Assembly: GCA_951406725.2 (NCBI GenBank)
Contig: OX597817.1
Span: forward strand, 171,058,001 to 171,122,000
Reading direction: 5' to 3'
From: Octopus vulgaris
Lineage: Eukaryota
Length of the DNA stretch: 64,000 nucleotides
Part shown: in pieces, positions 52,146 to 64,000 of the stretch
How the letters are laid out: every line of letters begins with the position of its first letter
Position numbering within the stretch: the stretch's first letter is position 1
Notes under the pieces: model-generated
Told to the model about the DNA's origin: nothing
The model's input: only the letters and a program-made list of their open reading frames with translations
The model's database searches: none
Translations under genes and position numbers: made by a program

Positions 52146-52660
52146 AGTACTGTACTGTATATTTTTTTTTATTATTTCTATAATTTGTATATATTTATTT
52201 TATTATAAATGCAAAACAACACCACGGAGGAACTGACGTAAGCCTAAATAAAAAACTGTGATCGGTGAACCGTGATATGACAAGAGATTACTGTAACCGT
52301 TTTTTTCAACGTGTTAATGCTTCTGTCAGTTCATGTATTTAGTAAGCTTATCCTTTAGGTGTGGAGGCACATGGCTTAGTGGTTAGGGTGTTGGACTCGT
52401 GATCATAAGATTGTGGTTTCGATTCCTGGACCAGGTGATTCAAAACATTACATTTCCCATTGTTCCTGTCCACTCAACTGGCAAAAATGAATAATCATGT
52501 GGCAGACTGGCAACCCATCCAGGAGCGGAATATATACGCTGTGGAAACCAGTCCTCTGTGTCCATATCGCTCAAGAAGGAACTTTATTTATTTTATTTTT
52601 TAGTTGCATAAAGTTAGGGCCTTGTGGTTAAACCATGACACATTTTGGCAGTTTGGGGTG

Positions 52661-53060
52661 ATAATAATAATAATAATAATAATGAAATTATTGTATACAG
52701 TGCTCAGGTGCACCACAACTTGTCAGAAAGTGCATATAAAGTACATGCAGTAATGTAGAAATGTCTGGAAAGCGAACAATGTATGAGTCAGATACATGCT
52801 TGTGTGTGTATGGAGGGAGGAAATCAGGTGTAGTGTTGGCGAATCTCAGGAAGCATGGAAGTTTTGAAGGATGCAGTGCTCCAACAACTAACAACCGATG
52901 CCGGCAGTTTGTTCCATGCTTCAGCAACTCTCAGCGTGAAAAAATGTTTCCTGAAGTCATGGGAGCTGTGCTGTTTTCTGACTTTGTAAATATGTCCACG
53001 GGTGTTAGACAGGTGGAGTTTGAAGAGGTGCTCAGAGTTATTGTTTGTGTGATAGATGAA
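52661..53060 (-). mobile_element. CR1-group LINE 3' fragment
   Basis: Motifs in ORF 52824..53132 and an (att)n tail. Confidence 0.88.
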
Positions 53061-53134
53061 CTGACAAGCTATGTTATAGTTATGACACATCAGGATTTGC
53101 TTATTACTCTTTCGCAAGATGCTAAAAGACAATA

Positions 53135-53369
53135 TATTTCTTTATTACCCACAAGGAGCTAAACACGGAGGGGACAAACAAGAACAGACAAATGGATTAA
53201 GTCGATTACATCGACCCCAGTGCGTAACTGATACTTAATTTATCGACCCCAAAATGGATGAAAGGCAAAGTTGACCTCGGTGGAATTTGAACTCGGAACG
53301 TAACGACAGACAAAATACGACTACACATTTCGCCTGGCGTGCTAACTATTCTGCCAGCTCACCGCCTTT
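53135..53369 (-). mobile_element. SINE family B with 15-bp TSD
   Basis: TSD tgctaaaagacaata at 53120-53134 and 53370-53384. Confidence 0.9.
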
Positions 53370-53898
53370 TGCTAAAAGACAATAGCAGAAAACCTCCTAT
53401 TAAGATGTAATGAAGATTATGGATAGCAAAAATTCATTAGCATAATAGAAGATGGTTGATGGTCTGTCATTAATTATTAAAGTGCAAATAGAACACACAC
53501 AGATATATTAGACTTCAACTAGAGAAAGGTCATTTGATTGATTAGTATAAACTCCCTCCCATTTCTGATCCTCCGTCTCCTCTCCTTACTTTTTCTCCCT
53601 CTATTGTATTGGCCTCTGTTCCTCAGAGTGAACTTTTCATATGCCTCCTCCATTCCTGGTTATTCCTCTCCTCTGCTCACCATCCTTGTTGTAAGAATGT
53701 GTATAAGGTTTTTGCTGTATGGTAAGAAGCTTGCTTCCCAACCATGTGGTTCCAGGTTCAGTTCCACTGCTACAATCGTATGCATGTGTGAACTATTGTC
53801 TTGACATTGTGTAATGATTGCAATTAAGTTAAGCATCATTTGTTTTCATTCTTCCACAAAAAATACATCATGCAATAGTTGTGACTGTCGCTGTCATA

Positions 53899-54385
53899 CT
53901 GCAAATCCTCAAGTATAATACACAGGGGATTTTTAGGGGGCTGTACCTCTGAAAAACCTAAACCTTGTGTATAATATGCACCCTTCTCTAACTTGAGTCA
54001 AAGCGGTCTATATAACGTCCTTGGTTTGTAAAACTGTATATGTTAATGTCCTTTATTATTATTGTGTATATAACATAATGCAAACGTGTAGCTTTTTGTG
54101 CATTTTGTTTGCAGAAAATAAAGAAATAACAGTAATAACATTTAATAAATGTTGTTTACTGCAAGTTATGGATGATTCTTTTATGACTTCATTGCTTTCA
54201 GGCTTAGCTTAAGGTATTTTCGCACCCGACATCACAAAATGCGTCTGAATAAACATTGCCGGACAGCAAATAGAGACTCGGACATTGCTTAGAAAATAAT
54301 TTTTAACTTCGTATATAGTATGCACTAGGGATTTTGACCATTAAATTTTTGGGGAAAAGTGCGGATTATACACGAGGATTTACGG
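53899..54385. mobile_element. Tc1/pogo-type MITE
   Basis: TA|ctgcaaatcctcaagtataat ... attatacacgaggatttacgg|TA. Confidence 0.75.
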
Positions 54386-54544
54386 TATACATTTCCAATA
54401 TTCTGCAAAAACATGTCTGACCATGAGCATTCAAGGAAACCAGCTGGATCTGCCACAAACATTGTCAGATTTTCCACAATGGCGGTGCCTCAGCATGGCC
54501 ACAGCTCATTAGCTGAAACTGGAAAAATCAAAATCAAAATCAAT

Positions 54545-55093
54545 CAATGTGATCAACCTGGTGTGCTTTGGATCAGCTATCAAAAGACATGGCAGTCACC
54601 AAGCAAAAACCTTTGTCGTGCCAAGTTCATTGTGCAGAATATTCTCAACTCTCACAGGATATGCCAATAGCATTGTCTATTTGATTTATAGTCAATCTCC
54701 TGTCAGCCATCACCATATGACGAACACAATCACTGTTTTTCTTGGTGGTGGCAAGACTCTCCCCTCCTCTCCTAAATTCAATGCCCACTTTTGTATTGTT
54801 GATAAAGCTGGAGTATCATCCATTAATGTAGCAACCATGCCAGCATGGGGAATAAAGCCATTTTTTTTTGTAGGTATTTGATAACACCAAGATGCCAAAT
54901 TTTTGTCCATTTTCAAGAGAAGTAGCTACAAGTTACGTTTGAAGTCTTCCTTGAACAGTCAGATGTCAATTTATCTGAAAAGAAACAATGCAGATATTAA
55001 TAAGAAGGGTTAAAATCAATGCATGCAAGATTTCACAGCTCTAGTATCACCATTTCATAGTCAACTTATGAACTTTTCAGTCAACCCTTCTAC
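54545..55093 (-). pseudogene. 5' half of a second, more decayed mariner
   Basis: Frameshifted MDK..GVIKYLQKK..MVATLMDDTPALSTIQKWA..MVMADRRLTINQI..ENILHNELG, with a TIR-like tagaagggttgactgaaaagttc. Confidence 0.75.
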
Positions 55094-55194
55094 TACAGCC
55101 TCAGGCTGACGAAAGCCTTGTGAGTAGATTTCCTCATTGACCACCAGATAAGGGATCGGGGTACCCTGTCGAAGGCTTTCTCCATATCAACAAA

Positions 55195-58100
55195 AGCTCA
55201 TCTTTGATGTCTTTCGGGACTCCTCTTTGTTCTCTTTTGGCACCCTCTTTGATCTCTGTAGGTACTCCTCTTTGATCTCTGTCGATATTCCTCTTTGATC
55301 TCTGACGGCTTTCCTCTTTGATCTCTGTCGGTACTCCCCTTTGATCTCTTTCGGCACCCTCTTAGATCTTTTTCGGCATATTCTTTGATCCTTTTCGGGA
55401 CCCTCTTTCATCTCTTTCGACACCCTCTTTGATCTCTATCGGTACACCTCTTTGATCTCTGTTGGTACTCCTTTTTGATCTCTGTCGGTACTACCCCTTG
55501 ATCTCTGTCGGCATTCCTCTTTGATCTCTGACGTCATTCCTCTTTGATCTCTGTCGGTACTTCTATTTGATCTCTGTTGGCATTCTCTTTGATCTCTGTC
55601 AGTACTCCTCTTTGATCTCTGACGGTATTCCTCTTTGATCTCTGTCGATACTCTCCTTTGATCTCTGTCGGCTTCCTCTTTGATCTCTGACGGGATTCCT
55701 CTTTGATATATGTCGGTACACCCATTTGATCTCTATCGGTACTCTCCTTTGATCCATTTGATCTCTATCGGTACTCCTCTTTGATCTCTTTCGGCATCGT
55801 CTTTGATCTCTTTCGTCAATATCTTTGATCTCTTTTGGCACCCTCTTTGATCTCTTTAGGGACTCTTCTTTGATCTATTTCGGCACCCTCTTTAATCTCT
55901 TTCGGTACCCTCTTTGATATCTTTCGGGACTCTTGTTTGATCACTTTCGGCACTCTCTTTGATCTTTTTCGGCACCCTCTTTGATCTCTTTCGGCACCCT
56001 CTTTGATCTCTTTCGGGACCCTCTTTGATCTTTTTTGGCACCCTCTTTGATCTCTTTCGGCACCCTCTTTGATCTCTTTCGGCACCCTCTTTGATCTCTT
56101 TCGGCACCCTCTTTGATCTCTTTCCGGACTCTTCTTTGATCTCTTTCCGCACCCACTTTGATTTCTTTCGGCACCCTCTTTGATCTCATTCGGCACAAAC
56201 TTTCATCTCTTTCGAGATTCACCTTTGATCTCTTTCGGCAATCTCTTTGATTTCGGTACTCCTCTTTGATTTGTGACGGCATTCCTTTTTGATCTCTGTC
56301 GGTAATCCCCTTTAATCTCTGCCGGCATTCCTCTGTGGTCTCTGTCGGCATTCCTCTTTGATCTCTGTCGGTACTCATCTTTGATCTCTGCCCACATTCC
56401 TCTTTGATCTCTGTCGGTACTCCTCTTTGATCTCTGACGGCATTCATCGTTGATCTATGTCGGTAATTCCTTTTGGTCTCTGACAGCATTCCTTTTGATC
56501 TCTGTCGAAACTCCTCTTTCATCTCTGTCGGTACTCCTCTTATATCTCTGATTGCATTCCTATTTGATCTATGACAGAACTCCCTTTGATCTCTGTCGGC
56601 ATTCCCCTTTGATCTATGTCGGCATTCCTCTTTGATCTCTGTCGGTACTCATCTTTGAACTCTGACGGCATTCCTCTTTGATCTCTGTCGGTACTCCTAT
56701 TTGATCTCTGTTGGCATTCTCTTTTATCTCTGTCGGTACTCATCTTTGAACTCTGACGGCATTCCTCTTTGATCTGCGTCAGTACTTATCTTTGATCTCT
56801 GTCGACATTCCTCTTTGATCTCTGTCGGTACTCCTCTTTGGTCTCTGACGGCATTCCTCTTTGATCTCTGCCGGTATTCCTCATTGATCTCTGTCGGCAT
56901 CCCCTTTTGATCTCTGTCGGCATCCCTCTTTGATCTCTGTCAGTACTCATCTTTGATCTCTGTCGGCATTCCTCTTTGATCTCTGTCGGTACTCATCTTT
57001 GATCTCTGTCGGCATTCCTCTTTGATCTCTGTCGGTATTCCCCTTTGATCTCTGTCGGCATTCCCCTTTGATCTCTGTCGGCATTCCTCTTTGATCTCTG
57101 ACGGCATTCCTCTTTGATCTCTGTCGGTACTCCTATTTGATCTCTGTCGGCATTCCTTTTTATCTCTGTCGGTACTCATCTTTGATGTCTGACGGCATTC
57201 CTCTTTGATCTGCGTCAGTACTTATCTTTGATCTCTATCGGCATTCTTCTTTGATATCTGTCGGTACTCCTCTTTGATCTCTGTCGACATCCCCTTTTGA
57301 TCTATATCGGTATTCCTCTTTGATCTCTGTCGGCATCCCCTTTTGATCTATATCGGTATTCACTCTTTGATCTCTGTCAGTACTCATCCTTGATCTCTGT
57401 CGGCATTCCTCATTGATCTCTGTCGGTACTCCTCTTTGATCTCTGTCGGCATTCCTCATTGATTTCTGTCGGTACTCCTCTTTGATCTCTGTCGGGATTC
57501 CTCTTTGATCTCTGTCAGTACTACTCTTTGATCTCTGTCGGCACCACCTTTTGATCTATATCGGTATTCCCCTTTGATCTCTGTCGGCATTCCTCTTTCA
57601 TCTCTGTCGGTACTCCTCTTTGATCTCTGACGGCATTCCTCTTTGATCTCTGTCAGTAACCCCCTTTGATCTCTGTCGGCATTCCTCTTTGATCTCTAAA
57701 GGCATTCCTCTTCGATCTCTGTCAGTACTCATCATTGATCCCTGGCGGCATTCCTCTTTGATCTATGTCGGTACTCCTCTTTGATCTCTGTCTGTACTTT
57801 TCTTTGAACTCTGTCGGCATTCCTTTTGATCTCTGTCGGTACTCCTCTTTGATCTCTGACGGCATTCCTCTTTGATCTCTGTCAGTACTCATTTTTGATC
57901 TCTGTCGACATTCCCCTTTAATCTCTGTCGGCATTCCTTTTGATCTCTGTCGGTACTCCTCCTTGATCTCTGACGGTACTCATCTTTGATCACGGTCGGT
58001 ACTCCTCTTTCATCTCTGTCGGTACTCCTCTTATATCTCTGATTGCATTCCTATTTGATCTATGTCAGAACTCCCTTTGATCTCTGTCGGCATTCCCCTT

Positions 58101-61100
58101 TGATCTATGTCGGCATTCCTCTTTGATCTCTGACGGCATTCCTCTTTGATCTCTGTCGGTACTCATCTTTGAACTCTGACGGCATTCCTCTTTGATCTCT
58201 GTCGGTACTCCTATATGATCTCTGTTGGCATTCTCTTTTATCTCTGTCGGTACTCATCTTTGAACTCTGACGGCATTCCTCTTTGATCTGCGTCAGTACT
58301 TATCTTTGATCTCTGTCGACATTCCTCTTTGATTTCGGTACTCCTCTTTGATTTGTGACGGCATTCCTTTGTGATCTCTGTCGGTAATCCCCTTTAATCT
58401 CTGCCGGCATTCCTCTTTGGTCTCTGTCGGCATTCCTCTTTGATCTCTGTCGGTACTCATCTTTGATCTCTGCCCACATTCCTCTTTGATCTCTGTCGGC
58501 ACTCCTCTTTGATCTCTGACGGCATTCATCGTTGATCTATGTCGGTAATTCCTTTTGGTCTCTGACAGCATTCCTTTTGATCACTGTCGGAACACACCTT
58601 TGACCACTGTTGGCATTCCTCTTTGATCTCTGTCGGAACTTCTCTTTCATCTCTGTCGGTACTCCTCTTATATCTCTGTTTGCATTCCTATTTGATCTAT
58701 GACAGAACTCCCTTTGATCTCTGTTGGCATTCCACTTTGATCTATGTCGGCATTCCTCTTTGATCTCTGACGGAATTCCTCTTTGATCTGCGTCAGTACT
58801 TATCTTTGATCTCTGTCGACATTCCTCTTTGATCTCTGTCGGTACTCCTCTTTGATCTCTGACGGCATTCCTCTTTGATCTCTGCCGGTACTCCTCTTTG
58901 ATCTCTGTCGGCATCCCCTTTTGATCTCTGTCGGCATCCCTCTTTGATCTCTGTCAGTAGTCATCCTTGATCTCTGCCGGTATTCCTCATTGATCTCTGT
59001 CGGTACTCATCTTTGATCTCTTTCGGCATTCCTCTTTGATCTCTGTCGGTATTCCCCTTTGATCTCTGTCGGCATTCCACTTTGTTCTCTGTCGGCATTC
59101 CTCTTTGATCTCTAACGGCATTCCTCTTTGATCTCTGTCGGTACTCCTATTTGATCTCTGTCGGCATTCTCTTTTATCTCTGTCGGTACTCATCTTTGAT
59201 CTCTGTCGGCATTCCTCTTTGATCTGCGTCAGTACTTATCTTTGATCTCTGTCGGCATTCTTCTTTGATCTCTGTCGGTACTCCTCTTTGATCTCTGTCG
59301 ACATCCCCTTTTGATCTATATCGGTATTCCTCTTTGATCTCTGTCGGCATCCCCTTTTGATCTATATCGGTATTCCTCTTTGATCTATGTCAGTACTCAT
59401 CCTTGATCTCTGTCGGCATTCCTCATTGATCTCTGTCGGTACTCATCTTTGATCTCTGTCGGCATTCCTCTTTGATCTCTGTCGGTATTCCTCTTTGATA
59501 TCTGTCTGTACTTTTCTTTGAACTCTGTCGGCATTCCTTTTGATCTCTGTCGGTACTCCTCTTTGATCTCTGACGGCATTCCTCTTTTATCTCTGTCAGT
59601 ACTCATCTTTGATCTCTGTCGGCATTCCTCTTTGATCTCTGTCGGTACTCCTCTTTGATCTCTGTCGGCATTCCTCTTTGATCTCTGTCGGTTCTCCTCT
59701 TTGATCTCTGTCGGCATTCCTCTTTGATCTCTGTCGGTACTCCTCTTTGATCTCTGACGGCATTCCTCTTTGATCTCTGTCAGTACTCATCTTTGATCTC
59801 TGTCGGCATTCCTCTTTGATCTCTGTCAATATTCCCCTTTGATCTCTGTCGGCATTCCCCTTTGATCTCTGTAGGCATTCCCATTTGATCTCTGTCGGCA
59901 TTCCCCTTTGATCTCTGTCGGCATTCCTCTTTGATCTCTCTCGGTACTCCTCTTTGATCTCTGACGGCATTCCTCTTTGATCTCTGCCGGTACTCCTCTT
60001 TGATCTCTGTCAGTACTCATCCTTCATCTTTGTCGGCATTCCTCATTGATCTCTGTCGGTACTCCTCTTTGATCTCTGTCGGATTTCCTCATTGATCTCT
60101 GTCGGCATTCCTCTTTGATCTCTGTCGGCATTCCTCATTGATCTCTGTCGGTACTCATCTTTGATCTCTGACGGCATTCCTCTTTGATCTCTGTCGGCAT
60201 TCCTCATTGATCTCTGTCGGTACTCATCTTTGATCTCTGTCGGCATTCCTCTTTGATCTCTCTCGGTATTCCCCTTTGATCTGTCGGCATTCCCCTTTGA
60301 TCTCTGACGGCATTCCTCTTTGATCTCTTACGGTATTCCTCTTTGATCTCTGTCGGTACTCCTATTTGATCTCTGTCGGCATTCTCTTTTATCTCTGTCG
60401 GTACTCATCTTTGATTTCTGACGGCATTCCTCTTTGATCTCTGTCAGTACTCATCCTTGATCTCTGTCGGCTTTCCTCATTAATCTCCGTCGGTACTCCT
60501 GTTTGGTCTCTGTCGGCATTCCTCATTGATCTCTGCCGGTACTCCTCTTTGATCTCTATCGGCATTCCCCTTTGATCTCTGTCGGTTCTCCTCTTTGGTC
60601 TCTGACGGCATTCCTCTTTGATCTCTGTCAGTACTCATCTTTGATCTCTGTCGGCATTCCTCTTTGATCTCTGTCGGTATTCCACTTTGATCTCTGTCGA
60701 CATTCTCCTTTGATCTCTGTCAGCATTCCTCTTTGATCTTTGTCGGCATTCCTCTTTGATCTCTGACGGCATTCCTCTTTGATCTCTGTCGGTACTTCTA
60801 TTTGATTTCTGTCGGCATTCCTCTTTGATCTCTGTCGGTATTCCTCTTTGATCTCTGTCTGTACTTTTCTTTAAACTCTGTCGGCATTCCTTTTGATCTC
60901 TGTCGGTACTCCTATTTGATCTCTGACGGCATTCCTCTTTGATCTCTGTCGGTATTCCTCTTTGATCTCTGTCTGTACTTTTCTTTGAACTCTGTCGGCA
61001 TTCCTTTTGATCTCTGTCGGTACTCCTCTTTGATCTCTGTCGGCATTCCTCATTGATCTCTGTCAGTACTCATCTTTGATCTCTGACGGCATTTCTCTTT

Positions 61101-62747
61101 GGTCTCTGTCAGTACTCATCTTCGATTTCTGTCGGCATTCCTCTTTGATCTCTGTCGGTATTCCCCTTTGATCTCTGTCGGCATTCCCCTTTGATCTCTG
61201 TCGGCATTCCTCTTTGATCTCTGACGGCATTCCTCTTTGATCTCTGCCGGTACTCCTCTTTGATCTCTGTCGGCATCCCCTTTTGATCTCTGTCGGCATC
61301 CCTCTTTGATCTCTGTCAGTACTCATCCTTGATCTCTGTCGGCATTCCTCATTGATCTCTGTAGGCATTCCTCATTGATCTCTGTCAGTACTCATCTTTG
61401 ATCTCTGACGGCATTCCTCTTTGATCTCTGTCAGTACTCATCTTTGATCTCTGTCGGTATTCCCCTTTGATCTCTGTCGGCATTCCCCTTTGATCTCTGT
61501 CGGCATTCCTCTTTGATCTCTGACGGCATTCCTCTTTGATCTCTGTCGGTACTCCTATTTGATCTCTGTCGGCATTCTCTTTTATCTCTGTCGGTACTCA
61601 TCTTTGATCTCTGACGGCATTCCTCTTTGATCTGCGTCAGTACTTATCTTTGATCTCTGTCGGCATTCTTCTTTGATCTCTGTCGGCTCCTCTCTGTCGG
61701 CATCCCCTTTTGATCTATATCGGTATTCCTCTTTGATCTCTGTCAGTACTCATCCTTGATCTCTGTCGGCATTCCTCATTGATCTCTGTCGGTACTCCTC
61801 TTTGATCTCTGACGGCATTCCTCTTTGATCTCTGTCAGTATTCCTCTTTGATCTCTGTCTGTACTTTTCTTTGAACTCTGTCGGCATTCCTTTTGATCTC
61901 TGTCGGTACTCCTCTTTGATCTCTGACGGCATTCCCCTTTGATCTCTGTCGGTATTCCTCTTTGATCTCTGTCGGTACTCCTCTTTAGTCTCTGACGGCA
62001 TCCCTCTTTGATCTCTGCCGGTACTCCTCTTTGATCTCTGTCGGCATTCCTCATTGATCTCTGTCAGTACTCATCTTTGATCTCTGACGGCATTTCTCTT
62101 TGGTCTCTGTCAGTACTCATCTTTGATCTATGTCGATTTTCCGCTTTTATCTCTGTCTGTACTCCTCTTTGATCTCTTTCGGCATTCCCCTTTGATCTCT
62201 GTCGGCATTCCTTTTGATCTCAGTCGGTACTCCTCTTTGATCTCTGACGGTACTCATTTATCTCTGTGGCATCCTCTTTGATCTCTGTCGGTACTCCTCT
62301 TTGATCTCTGACGGCATTCCTCTTTGATCTCTGTCAGTACTCCCCTTTGATCTCTGTCGGCATTCCTCTTTGATCTCTCTCGGCACCCTCTTTGATCTCT
62401 TTCGGCATACTATTTGATCTCTTTCAGAACCCTCTTTGATCTCTTTCGGCACTCTCTTTGATGTCTTTCGGCACCCTCTTTGATCTGTTTCGGCACCCTC
62501 TTTGATCTTTTTCAGAATCCTCTTTGATTTGTTTCGGCACCCTCTTTGATCTTTTTCAGAACCCTCTTTGATCTTTTTCAGAACCCTCTTTGATCTCTTT
62601 CGGCACCCTCTTTGATCTTTTTCAGAACCCTCTTTGATCTCTTTCGGCACCCTCTTTGATCTCTTTCAGAACCCTCTTTGATCTCTTTCGGCACCCTCTT
62701 TGATCTCTTTCGGCACCCTCTTTGATCTCTTTCGGCAACCCTCATTG
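55195..62747. repeat. ~7.5-kb satellite of 23-bp (gatctctgtcggcattcctcttt) and 22-bp (gatctctttcggcaccctcttt) monomers, ~330 copies
   Basis: Read directly. GATC and CpG occur in almost every unit. Confidence 0.97.
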
Positions 62748-62849
62748 TTATTAATATTATTATTATATTCATTATTATTATCATTATTATGATAATGTGT
62801 CGAAAGTAAAAATATTTTATTTACACCTGCGTTAAACTCCATTTACTTA

Positions 62850-62893
<44 letters not shown>

Positions 62894-63195
62894 TGTATGT
62901 GTATATACGTGTATATGTGTATGCATGTGTATGTATACACATATATATATATACGTGTATATGTGTATGCGTGTATATGTATATACATATATATATATGT
63001 ACATATATATATGTGTATATACATATGTATGTGTATAGGTATGTATATATTTATATATGTATACGTATGCATATATATGCATATATATATGTATACATAT
63101 GTATATGTACATATGTATGTGTATAGGTATGTATATATTTATATATGTATACGTATGCATATATATGCATATATATATGTATACATATGTATATG

Positions 63196-64000
63196 TGGGC
63201 TGAAAAGAATAGCATGCAGTTCAATGCTGAAAAGTTTCAAGCTTTATGCTATCAGCATGCACAACTGAATGCATTACCCAATGAATACACTGGACCCGGA
63301 GGGATTGCAATCCCAGAGGCACAATCAGTGCGTGACCTGGGTATTTACATGAGTGATGACGCAACCTTTCATGTACATGTTGCTAAACTGGCAATGAAAT
63401 GTAGACCGCTGGCCGGATGGATTCTTAGAACCTTTAGAACAAGAAACCATGATGGTCCTCTGGAAGACACTTGTCCTAAGCCACTTTGACTATTGCTCTC
63501 AGCTATGGTCACCATCCAGTGTCAAGTTGATCACAGAACTTGAGGCGATCCAACGAAGTTACACGAAGAAGATAGCCTCTGTGCAGCATATGAGCTACTG
63601 GGAAAGACTCAAGAGATTAAAACTCTATTCCTTGGAGCGTAGGCGAGAAAGATATGCCATAATATATATCTGGAAGATCCTGGAAGGACTTGTCCCAAAC
63701 TTTGGCATCGAGAGTCACACAAATGCCGGAACCGGGCGCCACTGCGTGGTACCAAGGACTGCAAATTTGCCATCAAGATGTAGGACAAGATACTGTGATA
63801 GCCTGGGCTTCAGATGCCCACAGCTCTTCAATATCCTCCCGAAGAACCTGAGGGACCTGCATGGTGTAGATGTGGATGTCTTTAAAGTAGGACTGGATCT
63901 CTTCCTGTCAGGTGTCCCGGATGAACCAACTTCACGGCAGGAGGTGCAGATGAGGGCAGCTGCATAGAACTCTCTCATGCACCAAATGGCAGTTGCTAGA
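63196..64000 (+). mobile_element. 5'-truncated CR1/L2-group LINE ORF2 (RT C-terminal region), frameshifted near 63445
   Basis: [77 protein letters not shown]. Confidence 0.92.

Noticed and set aside
55132-62747. cctcattg at both ends of the satellite as an 8-bp TSD
   Set aside because: The same octamer is a common monomer variant inside the array, and the flanks do not rejoin into one element.
55187-62784. Many K/R/E-rich ORFs (RDQRGMPTEIKEECRQRSK) and a CRISPR-like periodic look
   Set aside because: The ORFs are translations of 22/23-bp monomers in all frames with frequent breaks. There are no unique spacers and no cas genes, and the context is eukaryotic.

Overview
AT-rich, repeat-saturated eukaryotic DNA, most likely cephalopod (Octopus-like). 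That assignment is an inference from the tRNA-derived SINE families, RTE-type (GAT)n tails and extreme microsatellite load. No recognisable host protein-coding gene, rRNA, tRNA gene or CRISPR array is present, and most ORF-track entries are translated microsatellite. The window holds many SINE copies in at least 4 families, CR1/L2-group and RTE LINE 3' fragments, a full-length decayed Hsmar1-like mariner with TIRs, several MITE families (TTAA, TA and 8-bp TSD types) and a 7.5-kb 22/23-bp GATC satellite. The most interesting signals are: (1) minimal type-I hammerhead ribozyme motifs, one inside a 337-bp terminally redundant retrozyme-like unit; (2) a chain of strong minus-strand splice-site pairs that joins in phase into a small ORF; (3) a long foldback element with an 8-bp TSD and TTAGGG in its loop; (4) SINE multimers; (5) a ~2.2-kb mosaic segment that is probably an assembly artefact. 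All structures were read by eye and nothing was computed or searched.
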